The notes below the pieces were generated by a model. It searched no databases. It was not told the origin of the DNA and worked only from the letters and a program-made list of their open reading frames with translations. The translations under genes were made by a program, and so were the position numbers. Shown piece by piece: positions 12,401-24,800 of a DNA stretch of 64,000 bases. The DNA is from Antedon mediterranea (Eukaryota; Animalia; Echinodermata), in contig NC_092674.1 of assembly GCF_964355755.1 (NCBI RefSeq), positions 3,162,001-3,226,000 on the forward strand, given 5' to 3'. Position 1 is the stretch's first letter, and the number at the start of each line of letters is the position of its first letter.

Positions 12401-13619
12401 AATATGAAACACAGACTCAATTTGTGTCACTTCAGTTTATTTTATTGCTAAGGTCAAGTCTGGGGGTCACTTTATCAGCCTAGATACTTCAAGTGTATCC
12501 TATTACAAACAAAAATTTTAATGGACTGTTTTGATAATAATTCAATGATTATCTGACAGCGAATTACATTATATATATCGGTCTAGATTGACAGTAAAAA
12601 TAAATACTAGAAATGCTTTGGGATTTGTAATTTTAGCATGACGTGTCCTAATAGACTATCTTTTCCCATAATTTTTGGGTCCAGCAGCTGCGATCTATAA
12701 ATTATAGTTGTGTTTACAATTTAGCAAAAACGTCAGCCTCTAGTACTATAACTGCTGCTTGCTTTCAGCTTATAAATGATTCATCTCTCGTGACATAGCG
12801 GGCTAGAGCAGCAGTGTGAAAATTAAAATAAGTGTATATGCAATAAAATGTTGGTAATTTACAAGCGTCTTTATCATTTATTTCTTTATAAAAATGTAAT
12901 GAATCATTTTAGAGGCAATTAGTAATTGACATAACATGCATTTGTGCTACATTACAATGTGTGAAAAGATCTATTTTTTATTTGGCGTTTTATTTATTTA
13001 TAGGTTTAGTTGAACTTGAAGAAGGCACAGTTGAGGGTACGGAAATAAATCTAGAGTCTACAACAATTGGCAGAATGTCGTTTGCAAATGACCCATGTGT
13101 AACAAAGGTAATACTGCAAAGTATACCATTTTCTAAAGCTCTGTCCACACTATCACTCTGTATATGAAAAAGTGTCCCTTTAATAGAGGTGGCCCCTGAA
13201 TACAAGTCGGCTGTTGTAGTGTATATTTCTTCGTTTGTTTCACAGGAAAGTTTCTCCTTAATAGGGATGTCCTCTGAATGGTGTTTTCCAAAGAGGGGTT
13301 CTACTGTGTAAATCTTAAAGCTCTGTCTACACTATCAAACTTTATGTGACAAAAAGAATGTGATGATGATATCATATCACTACCATATTTAAGCATATCA
13401 CTACCATATTTAAGCATATCACTACCATATTTAAGCACCTCTTTCAAAATATTCACAGCACTACTGCATTGAAAAGAATAAATCAATTTTTTTTTCATTT
13501 TTAAGATAAAAAGAAAATTTAAATTGACTGCGCCCGACACATTGGAACAGACTGTTTATATGGCAACAACCAAAACACCAGAATTAAAGGAACATCTGTG
13601 GGTACAGTACAAAAGATAG
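6462..13619 (+). CDS. THAP4: Stand-alone nitrobindin / peroxynitrite isomerase (THAP4-like heme beta-barrel), 167 aa, complete
   Basis: Exons 6462-6478, 7874-8032, 8570-8679, 13004-13107, 13506-13619 (504 nt, phases consistent). Translation WLLGHW..GQFPTI..YQEE..FSHVGQPMLNFSFNATHPETSKPLHRETGFLRI..AQNFGLVELEEG..IGRMSFA..LEQTVYMATT..EHLWVQYKR matches the THAP4 nitrobindin domain. The 17-nt first exon is the least certain. Confidence 0.92.
8970..9042 (+). tRNA. tRNA-Val(AAC)-like, probably pseudogene (copy 1)
   Basis: A box GTAGTGGTTATCAC, anticodon loop TTAACAC, B box GGTTCGAGCC, T-run terminator; acceptor-stem mismatches. Confidence 0.6.
9264..9335 (+). tRNA. tRNA-Val(AAC)-like pseudogene (copy 2)
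   Basis: Intact acceptor stem GGTTTCG/CGAAACC and anticodon stem TCTGC/GCAGA; damaged D loop and T loop (GGTTAGA). Confidence 0.55.
9827..9899 (+). tRNA. tRNA-Val(AAC)-like pseudogene (copy 3)
   Basis: Paralog of copy 1 in duplicated block; A/B boxes intact, acceptor and anticodon stems broken; T-run follows. Confidence 0.5.
10120..10192 (+). tRNA. tRNA-Val(AAC)-like, best preserved copy (copy 4)
   Basis: 73 nt; acceptor, D (TTG/CAA) and anticodon stems pair, two T-stem mismatches, TTTT terminator immediately after. Confidence 0.65.
10620..12243 (+). mobile_element. Possible Helitron-like non-autonomous element with internal duplications
   Basis: Repeated blocks (11097-11150 vs 11710-11760; 11384, 11942, 12105) and a 3' end (ACAA)n-ACAGACAGAC...TTATAATATAGAT; left boundary uncertain. 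Confidence 0.4.
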
Positions 13620-13982
13620 ATGAGCATGATTGTGATCAGGTAAAGCTAAAGGTGTGTTCACACTAGCAAACCAGTTTGATAAAGTTTCATAGTAAAGCTC
13701 TGTCTACACTATTGAACTAGTTTGACAAAAAAAGTGTGATGTACCCAAATATGGTAGTGATATGACATCATCATGTCCATATATGGGCACATCACACTTT
13801 TTTGTTGCATAAAGTTTGATAGTGTAGACAGAGGTTTAAGCCTAGTCTACACTTTTATTTGCTTGTGTTTGAAAACTGAAGTTTGCTAGTGTAGACCAAA
13901 GCATAAGCCTAAGAACACAGACTAGACACATGTCCTTGCTTGTTTTTGTTTGTTTATGAGATGAATAAAGAGATTTACAGTA

Positions 13983-16490
13983 CAGATAATAAATACTGCA
14001 ACATTTGGACGCGTAGACTACGTTTCGTACGCGTGGCAACTTCGTAGGTTTCGCGTGGCGTAATCTACGCAAGCTAACATGCTACGCGTAGTCTACGCGT
14101 AGCCTACGAAGCGAGAGCTAGGAGGGGAAATCCCAATGTTCAGATTATTGTGTACTGTGCTCTGCATGCACCACACTGAATTAGTTAACGAATTTGAATA
14201 CTAGTTTTCATCAAATTTAAAATGCGAGTTAATTACTGTGAAGTAATAATAAATGTATTAATATTAGTATTAATTACTGCTGTGTGTTGGTTGTGTTAAA
14301 ATGGGACATTTATTTTTATGAAAGAAGAACAAGTGTACATCTATCACCGATCGGCCAACGTACGGACGGACGGCGGTCGTTGTCTGTTTGTGTGAAATGG
14401 CCTCCGGCTAGGCCTAGCTAGCTAGCTAAAAAGGTAGGGTTACCGGCGTACCTACCGACAGTTTAATTTTAAAATATGTGGTACGCCTATATAGTACTTA
14501 TAGGCCTACTTAGTAGTAGTACTGTATGATAATCCATACTGTGTACAAGCGTTAAATACGATGTACATGGCGTGAAAATGTGAAATAATGTGGTATAGCC
14601 TAGCTTATAGGTGACAGAAGGATATTTCCTCGATACGACATTTTTCGCCGTGAAGCTGCTGTTTACCCACGTGTGTGTATCGCGCAGTACAACTCTACTG
14701 TCTGAACTATGTTTGTTTACTAGGCTATATAATGAACGATGTTTCGTTTTAAAATTGCGTTTAAATGAAATATTACGCTTATTTAGTACTATGGGATAAT
14801 ATGAATTCTTTAAATACTGTAAATGTCAAAATAATAGAATACAAATACGATATTATTTTTGTTCTAACGGAAATCGAGACGGATCACTCCATTCGTAATT
14901 CATTCGCCCAGTGTGTTTATATCCACGTGTTTATGATCCGCGGATGGATACTCTCTCTGAACTGTACTTTTATGTTTTGATTTTAACCTTCCATTTAGTG
15001 AAGTTCAACTTTTATTAAAGACCCCTTCCCTGCAATTTTGGACGTTTTTTGGAAAATAATACATATATATCACTTTAAAAACATTAAACCATGTCATTCC
15101 TTGTCTTAAATGTACGTTTTATGGTAAATTATGATAAAAAGTGAGAAACAATGCACTACCTAAGTAGCTCGCGGCGATCGACCTCTCGTGGACGGTCTTA
15201 GGCCTAGCCTAGCTAGGCTTAGTTTTGTAGGCCTAGCTGGTAAACATCGATAACGTACGAACATCGTACGCTAGCTATATACCTAGCCTGACGTTGTATA
15301 GTTGCTGCATTAATTGTCTTTCTATTTTTGTCAGACTCCGTTGATACAAATTTGGGAAAACCCGGTATTTTCGCTGAAAAGTTAGGAGTCTTCCATTTGT
15401 TTTGGCTTCACGATCGATCGAAAAGTGGGCGAATTACAGGTGAAAAACAAAAATATCAATCCGCGCGCAATGCATTTTGGGATTTATAGCGGGCCTCTAT
15501 AATTATTAGAATCGATTTATTTTTCACATTTTTAACCGTTTAAAGACGAAAAAAGTTATCGCAATAGGACCATATAGTATTATTTTTACATTAAATATAG
15601 TTTGTGATCTTAAAATAGATCTAAAAAACGTAGGGAATGGGGCTTTAAATAAAGTCTTGCATATTTCCTAACCCTAAAATTTATTTTTATTTATAACTAA
15701 AATAACATTTATTTAAATACTATCTAATTTATTATCGCGCATGACTAAAAAAAACCAAAACAACAAGATCAGGCAAGCACATGTTATGTGTCCTCCCCGG
15801 TGTCCTCCGATCCTCCTCCTCTCTGCTGATAACGATGTTCTAAACGACCTGTAACTTGACCCTCCACCGATCCTCTGCTGCAGGTTGTTACAATAGCTAA
15901 TAATGGAGTTTGATGTACAGTTACGACAGTTTCAAACCTGGATATTTTTTGTTTAAATGAAACATACTGAGTACTGTATTAATTACTTATAAAAAATTAA
16001 CTTGCAATTTTAGGCCTACTACTTATACTATTGCTATGGAAGGTAGTCATAATAACGGCCCGTCATCAATTCATTTTGTACACTACTGCCTGGCCGGCGA
16101 TGGTGAATGTACAGCAGTCAGCAGTAGGCCTAGTTAATTAGACTTTTCGCGTCTAGCCTAGGCTTTGAGCAATTTTAATTGCTATTTTCTTTAGAAAAAT
16201 TTGAATTTCAAGTATGTTTAATAATGATGATGATATTAATATTATTGTATTGGCGAAACAATCGTATCATTTCTATTTATTCGAACTTTTTGTAGCCTGC
16301 TTAGCTGTCGACGATGTACTTGTACACAGTTGAGTTTGGGGAATTCCCACACACAGTTGATCACAACGTAGGCTACGAATGCTACGCGTAGCCTACGCAC
16401 TACGAATGCTACGCCACGCAACCGCCACGCACCCGCCACGCGTAGACTACGTTACCTACGCGTGGCAAATGTTGCAGTAGTTTTTATCTG
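13983..16490. mobile_element. 2.5-kb non-autonomous Tc1/mariner-like element with TA TSD
   Basis: TA|CAGATAATAAATACTGCAACATTTG ... CAAATGTTGCAGTAGTTTTTATCTG|TA; subterminal arrays of CTACGCGTAG-type palindromes at both ends; no transposase ORF. Confidence 0.8.
15019..15644. mobile_element. Kolobok-like non-autonomous element nested in the Tc1/mariner-like element
   Basis: TTAA|AGACCCCTTCCCT ... AGGGAATGGGGCT|TTAA; TTAA TSD with RR..YY termini. Confidence 0.7.
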
Positions 16491-16538
16491 TAAAGGGTAA
16501 TTAGTTTTAATTGGTTTATAACATTTAATGTGTGTTAA

Positions 16539-17919
16539 AGTGGAGCTACACTCAGACTTTCTCAGCTTATATTATGTTTAAGTATGTTTAATTGAAAGTG
16601 ATTACATAAAAAAAAACAGGAAAAATACGGAAATATTTTCCAAAAACTCATTTCTAAAAAATCGGTCAGAAAATAGTGTTTTTTAACACATTACAGTTTT
16701 TCAGTAACTTAGGGGTTATTAGTTTACAATACGTCGCAAAACGCGTTACACTTAGCGACTGACGCGTTTTAGTCGCCGTTCAACGCATTGATGAAATGTC
16801 TCCCCTTGGGTAAATTATGTGTCGAAAAATGGGGAATAAATTTTATACACACAATTAATACGATTTGTTTAGGCCTAAGTAATATTTCCGATAAGAATGT
16901 CAGTATAATTTACATGTAACCTCATGATTTTCACTGTACAACAACAGCATAATAATCTTATCAGATTGCTTTTAACTTTAAGCTAGGGCTAGGCCTAGCT
17001 CAGCCGTGTGCTCAGCCTAGCTAGCCTTGAATTTTTGTCTAGAGGCCTATGTATTCATAGGCATGGTCGTTTCGCCCCATTTATCGTTCCTGGGTTTTCT
17101 CGCACATTAAGAATTGTGAAACACAAAATCCTATAGTATACAGAACAAGAGTAGTAAAGTGATGTGCAAGCTTAGACCTGACTGAAAAGCAACTATTCAG
17201 GCACCCTATCATGGCCCATGGGTAGGCCAAGGTCGGGTGCCAGCAAAACAAACTTCACTGCTGTCAGCCTAGCCTAGCTAGAGGCCACGCAGGATCGGTA
17301 CATACCTACACTCTAGTAGGCCTAGGCCTAGCTTTATTGAATATACTGTATAGCCACGTCTTTCTCAAATCTCGTTAAATTTGACATTTTAGTAATAGTC
17401 TCATAATCACATTATTACACTGTGAAATATAATAGGGTCACATTCAGAATGTTTTAATATACTTTTCGCCCGTCAAAAATAACATCGCGACAAAATAACA
17501 GATCGCCAGCTGCAGTAGTGTGATTGTGAAAAATGTCACGTGATCGTACTCCCTAGCAAAATAAAAAACCCAATTGGACCCGAACGGGGGAAAGTGTCTA
17601 TTTACGCAAAATTGCGCAATGTATACGTGATAAAAATACCAGAAATAGAAAGATCTGGAAAAATTACATAAATTTACATTTTACATTTTTTTTTTGGTGA
17701 AGAAATGAATTTTTTAGGATTATTCAAATATACCCCCCTTTTGCATGTAAAAGAATAGGAAATTACAAGGTATCCCCCCAAAACGCAAAAAGGCGTGATT
17801 TTCAAGAAAATCGTACTCATTGAAAAAAAATTCAAAAAAATATGAAGTATAAGGGATGATATTTTTAAATAATAGTTGAAATGTATGAAAAATAGTAATT
17901 TTCTGGGTGGAGCTCCACT
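16539..17919. mobile_element. Kolobok-like non-autonomous element
   Basis: TTAA|AGTGGAGCTACAC ... GTGGAGCTCCACT|TTAA. Confidence 0.8.
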
Positions 17920-18135
17920 TTAAAACAACTTGGGTCTATAAACAATTATTGTCATTTAGTGCGATAAATATAAAACTGGTTTGACTATAAGCAATTATTA
18001 ACAATAAAACATGTTTGACTGTAATAAAACAAAATATATAAATTCCTTTACTTGCACTGATGAAGGGCTAGTGTTGCCCAAAAGCTCTGTTAACTTTTCT
18101 GGCTCGTTTTAATTTAGCTTTTCGCTTTCTTCTTT

Positions 18136-18818
18136 GTATCTCTATTGAGATCCAGCCACTGATACCCACAGCATTGTCATTTTTTCAGTGCTTATTTTAT
18201 ATTGTAGCCTATCTCCATTGAGATCCAGCCACTGATACCCACAGCATTGTCATTTTTTCAGTGCTTATTTTATATTGTAGCCTATCTCCATTGAGATCCA
18301 GTCACTGATACCCACAGCATTGTCATTTTTTCAGTGCTTATTTTATATTGTATCTATCTCCATTGAGATCCAGCCACTGATACCCACAGCATTGTCATTT
18401 TTTCAGTGCTTATTTTATATTGTATCTATCTCCATTGAGATCCAGCCACTGATACCCACAGCATTGTCATTTTTTCAGTGCTTATTTTATTTGTATCTCC
18501 ATTGAGATCCAGCCACTGTGATACCCACAGCATTGTCATTTTTTCAGTGCTTATTTTATTTTGTATCTCCATTGAGATCCAGTCACTGATACCCACAGCA
18601 TTGTCATTTTTTCAGTGCTTATTTTATTTTGTATCTCCATTGAGATCCAGCCACTGATACCCACAGCATTGTCATTTTGTCAGTGCTTATTTTATTTTGT
18701 ATCTCCATTGAGATCCAGCCACTGATACCCACAGCAATGTAATTTTTTCAGTGCTTATTTTATTTTGTATCTCCATTGAGATCCAGCCACTGATACCCAC
18801 AGCTTGTTATTTTTTCAG
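18136..18818 (+). repeat. Minisatellite, ~58-65-bp unit, about 11-12 copies
   Basis: Unit TATCTCCATTGAGATCCAGCCACTGATACCCACAGCATTGTCATTTTTTCAGTGCTTATTTTATTTTG, near-identical copies, no unique spacers. Confidence 0.95.
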
Positions 18819-20218
18819 TAATTTGCCATTGGATTTAAACTAAAATTATGAAATATAAAAAAAATATATTCAATTTCAAATTTCTTCTTTGTTAGGTGTG
18901 AACCAGAGCTTAATGTGATAATGTATAGTTGTAATGATTTCTAGTATTGCATGTAAAGTACAATATACCATGGTAAAAAAACATGTTTGATATATATATA
19001 TGAGAATGTTGGCTATCTCTTATATAAAGATATGCCTAGATTAAATGTAATTTGTGAAATGATAATATTGGTGCTTGTATAGAGTTTAATCTCAATCATG
19101 GTTGTAATTGTTTTAATCCATGCTGTAAAGCTCTGTCTATATTATCAAACTAGTTGACAAAAAGTATGATGTGCTCAAATACAGTAGTAATATGCCCAAA
19201 TATGGTAGTGATATGACATCATCATGTCTATATAAGGGCACATTATATGTTTTTGTCTCATAAAGTTTGATAGTGTAGAGAGAGCTTAAGTAAATGGACA
19301 GGTTGTTATGAAATTATAATAAATTTTGATTATTTTACAATAATCAACTTGTGCACATGTCAGTAAACTGATTCAACTCTCCTCTTAGTATTCACTGTTT
19401 CTGTAATGTTGAATTAATTTCAATTGTGCTTTTCCAATTCACTGCCATGACTACAACAGTAATAAATATCAGGTTGCTGTTGCACTTTTAATTTCATCCA
19501 ATAGAATGGCATCAATAGTTTAAAGGATGCATGAACTTTTGATACAAAATGATCCTCGAGTTATTTTTAGATCGACCATCCACTTTGTTAATTAGTGAAC
19601 AACAATAGGCAACCTTATTGTATATTAGATTCAACTATTTATGCTTACGCAATGGAGTTATTCATTTTATACCTCCATTCTCAAGCACTATACACTCTCC
19701 ATGGTTACCAATTAGGTACTGCTAATAATAACAATCATCATAACACTTAAATATGTTCAGAGATTTATTACTTCTTTAGAATAACAATAGAGAATTACTG
19801 TCTGTTATTTTTTTGGATTCATTTTTCGTCATATATCTAAATTGTATTAGTATGAAAAAATAGTATGTTAGGTGAGAAAAAAAGAGTGTTTTATACACCT
19901 GATTGATTCATTAAATTTAATATATTTGAGCCTGTGCAATTCGTCTTCCTAGCAATGTTTTCTACTTTCTCTGACCCACTATCTCAATAGTTTTCGTAAT
20001 TTAAATCATGATTGTAAACATAAAACAAACAAACAAGTATTCAGTATTTAGCTACATACAATGAATTTACAACTAATGAATGGAATGAAATTGCATATTT
20101 TTGTACATAAAAATAACGATTAGTTTCTTTTACTATATTATACTAAATTCTACTTAAATTACCAAAAATATACAGTAAACCCCTTTTCCCTGGACACTCT
20201 CAGAGGAATTACCGAGAA

Positions 20219-20348
20219 TTTCATGGTTCCCAGAGTTCCATGGTTACCCAGAATTCCATGGTTACCCAGAATTCCATGGTTACCCTGAGTTCCATGGTTA
20301 CCCAGAATTCCATGGTTACCCAGAGTTCCATGGTTACCCAGAGTTCCA
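20219..20348. repeat. 18-bp tandem repeat, about 7 copies
   Basis: TTCCATGGTTACCCAGA(A/G). Confidence 0.92.
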
Positions 20349-21074
20349 ATGGTGCCTTTCATAGAAGATTTCATTCCCCCATTAATGTATGCTTCGTGTT
20401 TTAAATATATTCTTTTTTATTATTTTTTATTTATTAGACATTATCACTGAGAAAAAATTTACAAAGTAAATAAATGTTCGCATTGTTAAAAAATTATAAT
20501 AAACTCAACAAATATATTATTTACAATTCTTAGAAAAACATGTAACAAAATCTTTTTTTTTTTACTGCACATTATGTTATTTAAAAATGAAAAAATATAG
20601 TGAAATGTTTTGCGTTCCATTAGATAAGATGCAACAATAAGCATTGTAAAGAACAAACCATTTTCTGTTATAACTTGACATCGCTTAATATGGTAATACA
20701 AATTTCATAAATTTGGTATTACTGTATTCGCGAAAGTTATCACCATGGCAATTTGTTAGTATCCATTGAGTTCATAAATTACAACCTAATTATTTTTTCT
20801 CAATGTTTTGTTCCTTAACAATGATCTTGCATTTGCCACAAGCTGTAATGAAAACCAGTCATTAACTATTTTGAACTACAAGAAAGACAATTTTTTAATG
20901 ATATAAACAAACTTCTTAAAAATGACAATATTTATGTCGGTGGTTAATTGTTGATCATTAATATAATAAATAATCTCAGAAATTAGACACCACTTTTGTT
21001 TACATATTGTATCAAACAATATGATTTTAGTCTTCAATTGTCATTGTACTACTACTTTGGTACACCCCTATTAA

Positions 21075-21379
21075 AGATATATTGTCCCCCAAATACATGT
21101 AAAATGAAGATCAGACTTTAAATAGGCCATTAACGAAGTTAATCACTTAAAAAATAATGTTTTCACTTATAAAATGACAAATAAATGGTTAAATTCAATT
21201 CAACCAAAAACCCAATCGCTGGCAATTTGACTATTTTTGTCTTTAAATTACAGTTTTTTCAGGTACATAATTTTGTTTTCACTTAAATTTTTGGTAAAAG
21301 TGAATTAATATTACAGTATGTGATGTTAAAATTGCATAGTCAACAAAACCATTATTTTGTTCAGGGGGACAATACATCT
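21075..21379. mobile_element. ~300-bp Kolobok-like MITE family; representative copy
   Basis: TTAA|AGATATATTGTCCCCC ... GGGGGACAATACATCT|TTAA; related copies at about 8250-8533, 34660-35060 (interrupted), 47040-47340, 52129-52441, 63688-end. Confidence 0.82.
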
Positions 21380-21824
21380 TTAAGAAAGACTTTACCATCA
21401 ATTTATTGAACAAGAGGAAGTGCTGTTTTAACACTATGACCATCCCCCTATTCAGGGGACACCCTATTGTTACATTATTTGGTCCTGCAGGTGTCCCTTT
21501 AATAGAGGTTCTGCTGTACTGTGTCCGTGATTTATTTTGGCTAGGAATGCATTTGATGGATTCCTGTTTACTGATTACGTATTATGTTCCCTCGGAGAGT
21601 AGAATATTAGAAACTCCGATACAGAATTAACATCAACTGGAACCATGGGCTGGCAGCTTCAGACATCAAACAAACGGTATTCGGATATTGAAAATAAATT
21701 ATGAGCAAGTACTAGTAGTACCGGATTAATTCATCTAGAATAGTCCAGAGATGAGCGTAGGATTACACTGTTTAAAATTTGTAGTCAAATGTATACTGTG
21801 TGTAGGCCCCTACTGTATTTTATC

Positions 21825-24800
21825 TTATTGTCCATACATAGGATTTTTGTAGGATGTCGTAGATGATTTAAACAATGGATTTTCGCCCTGTAATAGATAA
21901 AAGAAATATATTTATTATAGTACAGAGTCACATATGTATCACATGAGAAAACGTCACTCTTCCCTGATGTTACATCTTATATTTAGGTTATGCATAAGGT
22001 ATGATACAGGTTTCACATGTGATATGTATGTAACACTGTTTCATAGAATTTGCCTATGATACTACATAAAGTATTTGGCAAATTATTGATAGTAATTGAA
22101 AGTTGTTGACCATATGCAGTATCTAGGCAAATTCAATAAAACAGTATTGCGTATGTGTTACATATGACACTGTTTCATAGCATTTGCCTATGATACTGCA
22201 TATTATTTAAAAGTTGCTCACCGTTTCCTTAGTACTTTTGTTGAGTTCTTTTTCAAACCTTGCATACTCTCTTCTGTCGTATATAAATGTCAGCATTCTC
22301 CAGATGAACAAGGCGGCTAATCCTGCCAGTAAAATACCCAGGATAATCCCCAGCACCAGGAAAATTATATTTTCTATACTTTCAAATATTTTTTCTTGGC
22401 AATCTAGAAAATCCAGAAAAAAATATATTAATTTTTTTTTTAACAACAATTGTGTTTAACTTCTTAAGCTCTGTCTACATTATCAAACTTTGACAAAAAA
22501 AGTTTGATGTTCCAAATATTGTAGTGATATGACATCATCATGTATCATTTTTTGACATAAAGTTTGATAGTGAAGAAAGAGCTTTAGAAACTTCTATTTA
22601 TTGTTATTAATGTTTGGTGATTATTTACAGTAGGCCTAGTGATCAAACTCTCTCCAATACTGGGCTCTCTGAAAACTGAAAACTCTCCCAAAACCAGACT
22701 TTTCTTGAGGTCCAGAATGTTCCAAATTTATTTACTATTAGAAATGTATTCAGAATTTCCAGAAAACCAGAAATATTAGGTCAGGCCAACGGTTTTGGGA
22801 GAGTTTGACTTTGGGTAAGCCAAAGTACTACTTACATCGTCTGCTGTTAATAATGATGTACGTTGCCGTGTCGTTTGTTACGATGATGAACGAAAATCGA
22901 CAATTGTCTTCATTCACATATTCACATGTTTTGTTGGAATCTGAAATAAAATTGAAGCCATTTTTAGAGTGTTTTCTGGTTGTAAAGGGCTTAAGGCTTA
23001 TTTACACTAGTATGATAATCAATGTATTATGCATTTTTCATACATTAAAAAATATCTAAAAAGTTTTCAGCCTAGGACTATAGGTTAACCATCTATGCTA
23101 ACTTTGATGAAAATAATATGTTCACAAATCAAATGATGTCATGATTAGTAAGAGCAATAATGATATGATTTTATTCTTCATTGATTTTATTGATCATTAT
23201 TTGATTGGATTTTGAAAAAAATTATTTTTTATTGAAGACAGCATAAATGATTATCCTATAGTTCTAGAATGAAAATATTTCAGTTATTTTTGTTTCAAGT
23301 AAGAAAAATGTATGTGTTTATTTATATATTGTTGATCATTATTCTCCTAGTTTAAATGGGTCTTTAGTCCTGTTCCATTGCAGGTTCCATTGGTGACCCT
23401 GGAATAATTTTCCCTATTCTATTAAAGTTTAGGTTTATCATAAGCTCTGTCTACACTAAAAAAGTGTGATGTGACCAAATATGGTAGTGATATGACATCA
23501 TCATGTCCGTATATGGGCACATCACATAAAGTTTAATAGTGTAGACAAGGCTATATTACTCACCTAAATCATATGTAGAGTTTTCATAATTTTCATCCTC
23601 AAAGATGACATATTGTTTGCATTTGTTTGGACATTTCGATCCATCGCCGTTTACCGTACAAGCAATGCAATCGCGCTTTTCATCACACAGTGCTTCAAAA
23701 CATGTCTGTTAAAGATGTATTATTCAATTATTTGGATTTTATTTGTTTGTTTTATGTAATATTTGAAAGCTTTTTATTTGGTTGTTTTGAATCAGAAATC
23801 GACGTTGATGCCATAAAAAAAAAAATTCCTTTGGCCTTGTGTAGCAGTCTTCAATTTTGGAATAAATCTATATCACTATTTGACATTGTTTTACTTTTAA
23901 AATCACATACAACAAACAATTAAATATCCAAATAATAGTAAACATGATGTTAGCATGTATCTTATATAACTTTTTATAATTTCAACTACTACCGGGAGTA
24001 GACTATTATGACCATGTGACTCTACTAGTGTATAAAGCCGATTATTAACTAGGCGGATTTATTTACATGAATCGAAAACATCAGTTAATATGTATGCGTA
24101 GAGAGGTATTTGGAAGATGGAAGCATGAATATGCATGCGTATAAGCTGACTCTTTCTTTTCGTGAACAAATTCACCTAGTGGAAAATCGGCTTTAAGTTT
24201 CTTGTACATTTTGTATTCTGTAGGGTGGGTTACTAAATTTACACAGTACAACTCCTTGGCCATAAATGTTAATAAGTTTGCAATGTAGTTTTACTTACAT
24301 ATTCATCGCACAGCTCACATGTTGGTCCGTCGTAGGCTGAGTCTTGGGAACATTTGCATAACCCACATTCACAAGTTCCGTATCCATTACACAATTTCTA
24401 TATATTTATTATAGACAATAAAAAAACAATAATAAATGCTACCAATACTCACTTTAATCTCCATTACTATTAAGTGGGCTAATGCTAAAATATTTTGTTA
24501 TTATTAATTTTTATTTTTTCAGGATTAAACCCTGATCAAATTGTTTGATGTATTTATTAATAACTAAGTCTCTGCTGAGTTTGTAACAATGTATAATATT
24601 GCATGCCCCAATGAAAGTCAGTTTAAATCTGTTTGGGCTACCCTGGGTAAAGAATTGTAAAAATACTAATTAGTAATAATAATAATAATGATCAACTTGG
24701 TACACCACATATATTAGTTCTGAAAGAACTGTTGAGTTTCTCTACGTTTTGATCAATATGCTTTGATTATTTTGAGTGAGGATGATCAAAGCATATTGAT

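Noticed and set aside
18136-18818. CRISPR-like array
   Set aside because: Units are contiguous near-identical repeats without unique spacers; eukaryotic context, no cas genes
20159-20374. Collagen-like GNHGIL repeat ORF
   Set aside because: Translation of an 18-bp tandem repeat; short, with no signal peptide or supporting splice structure
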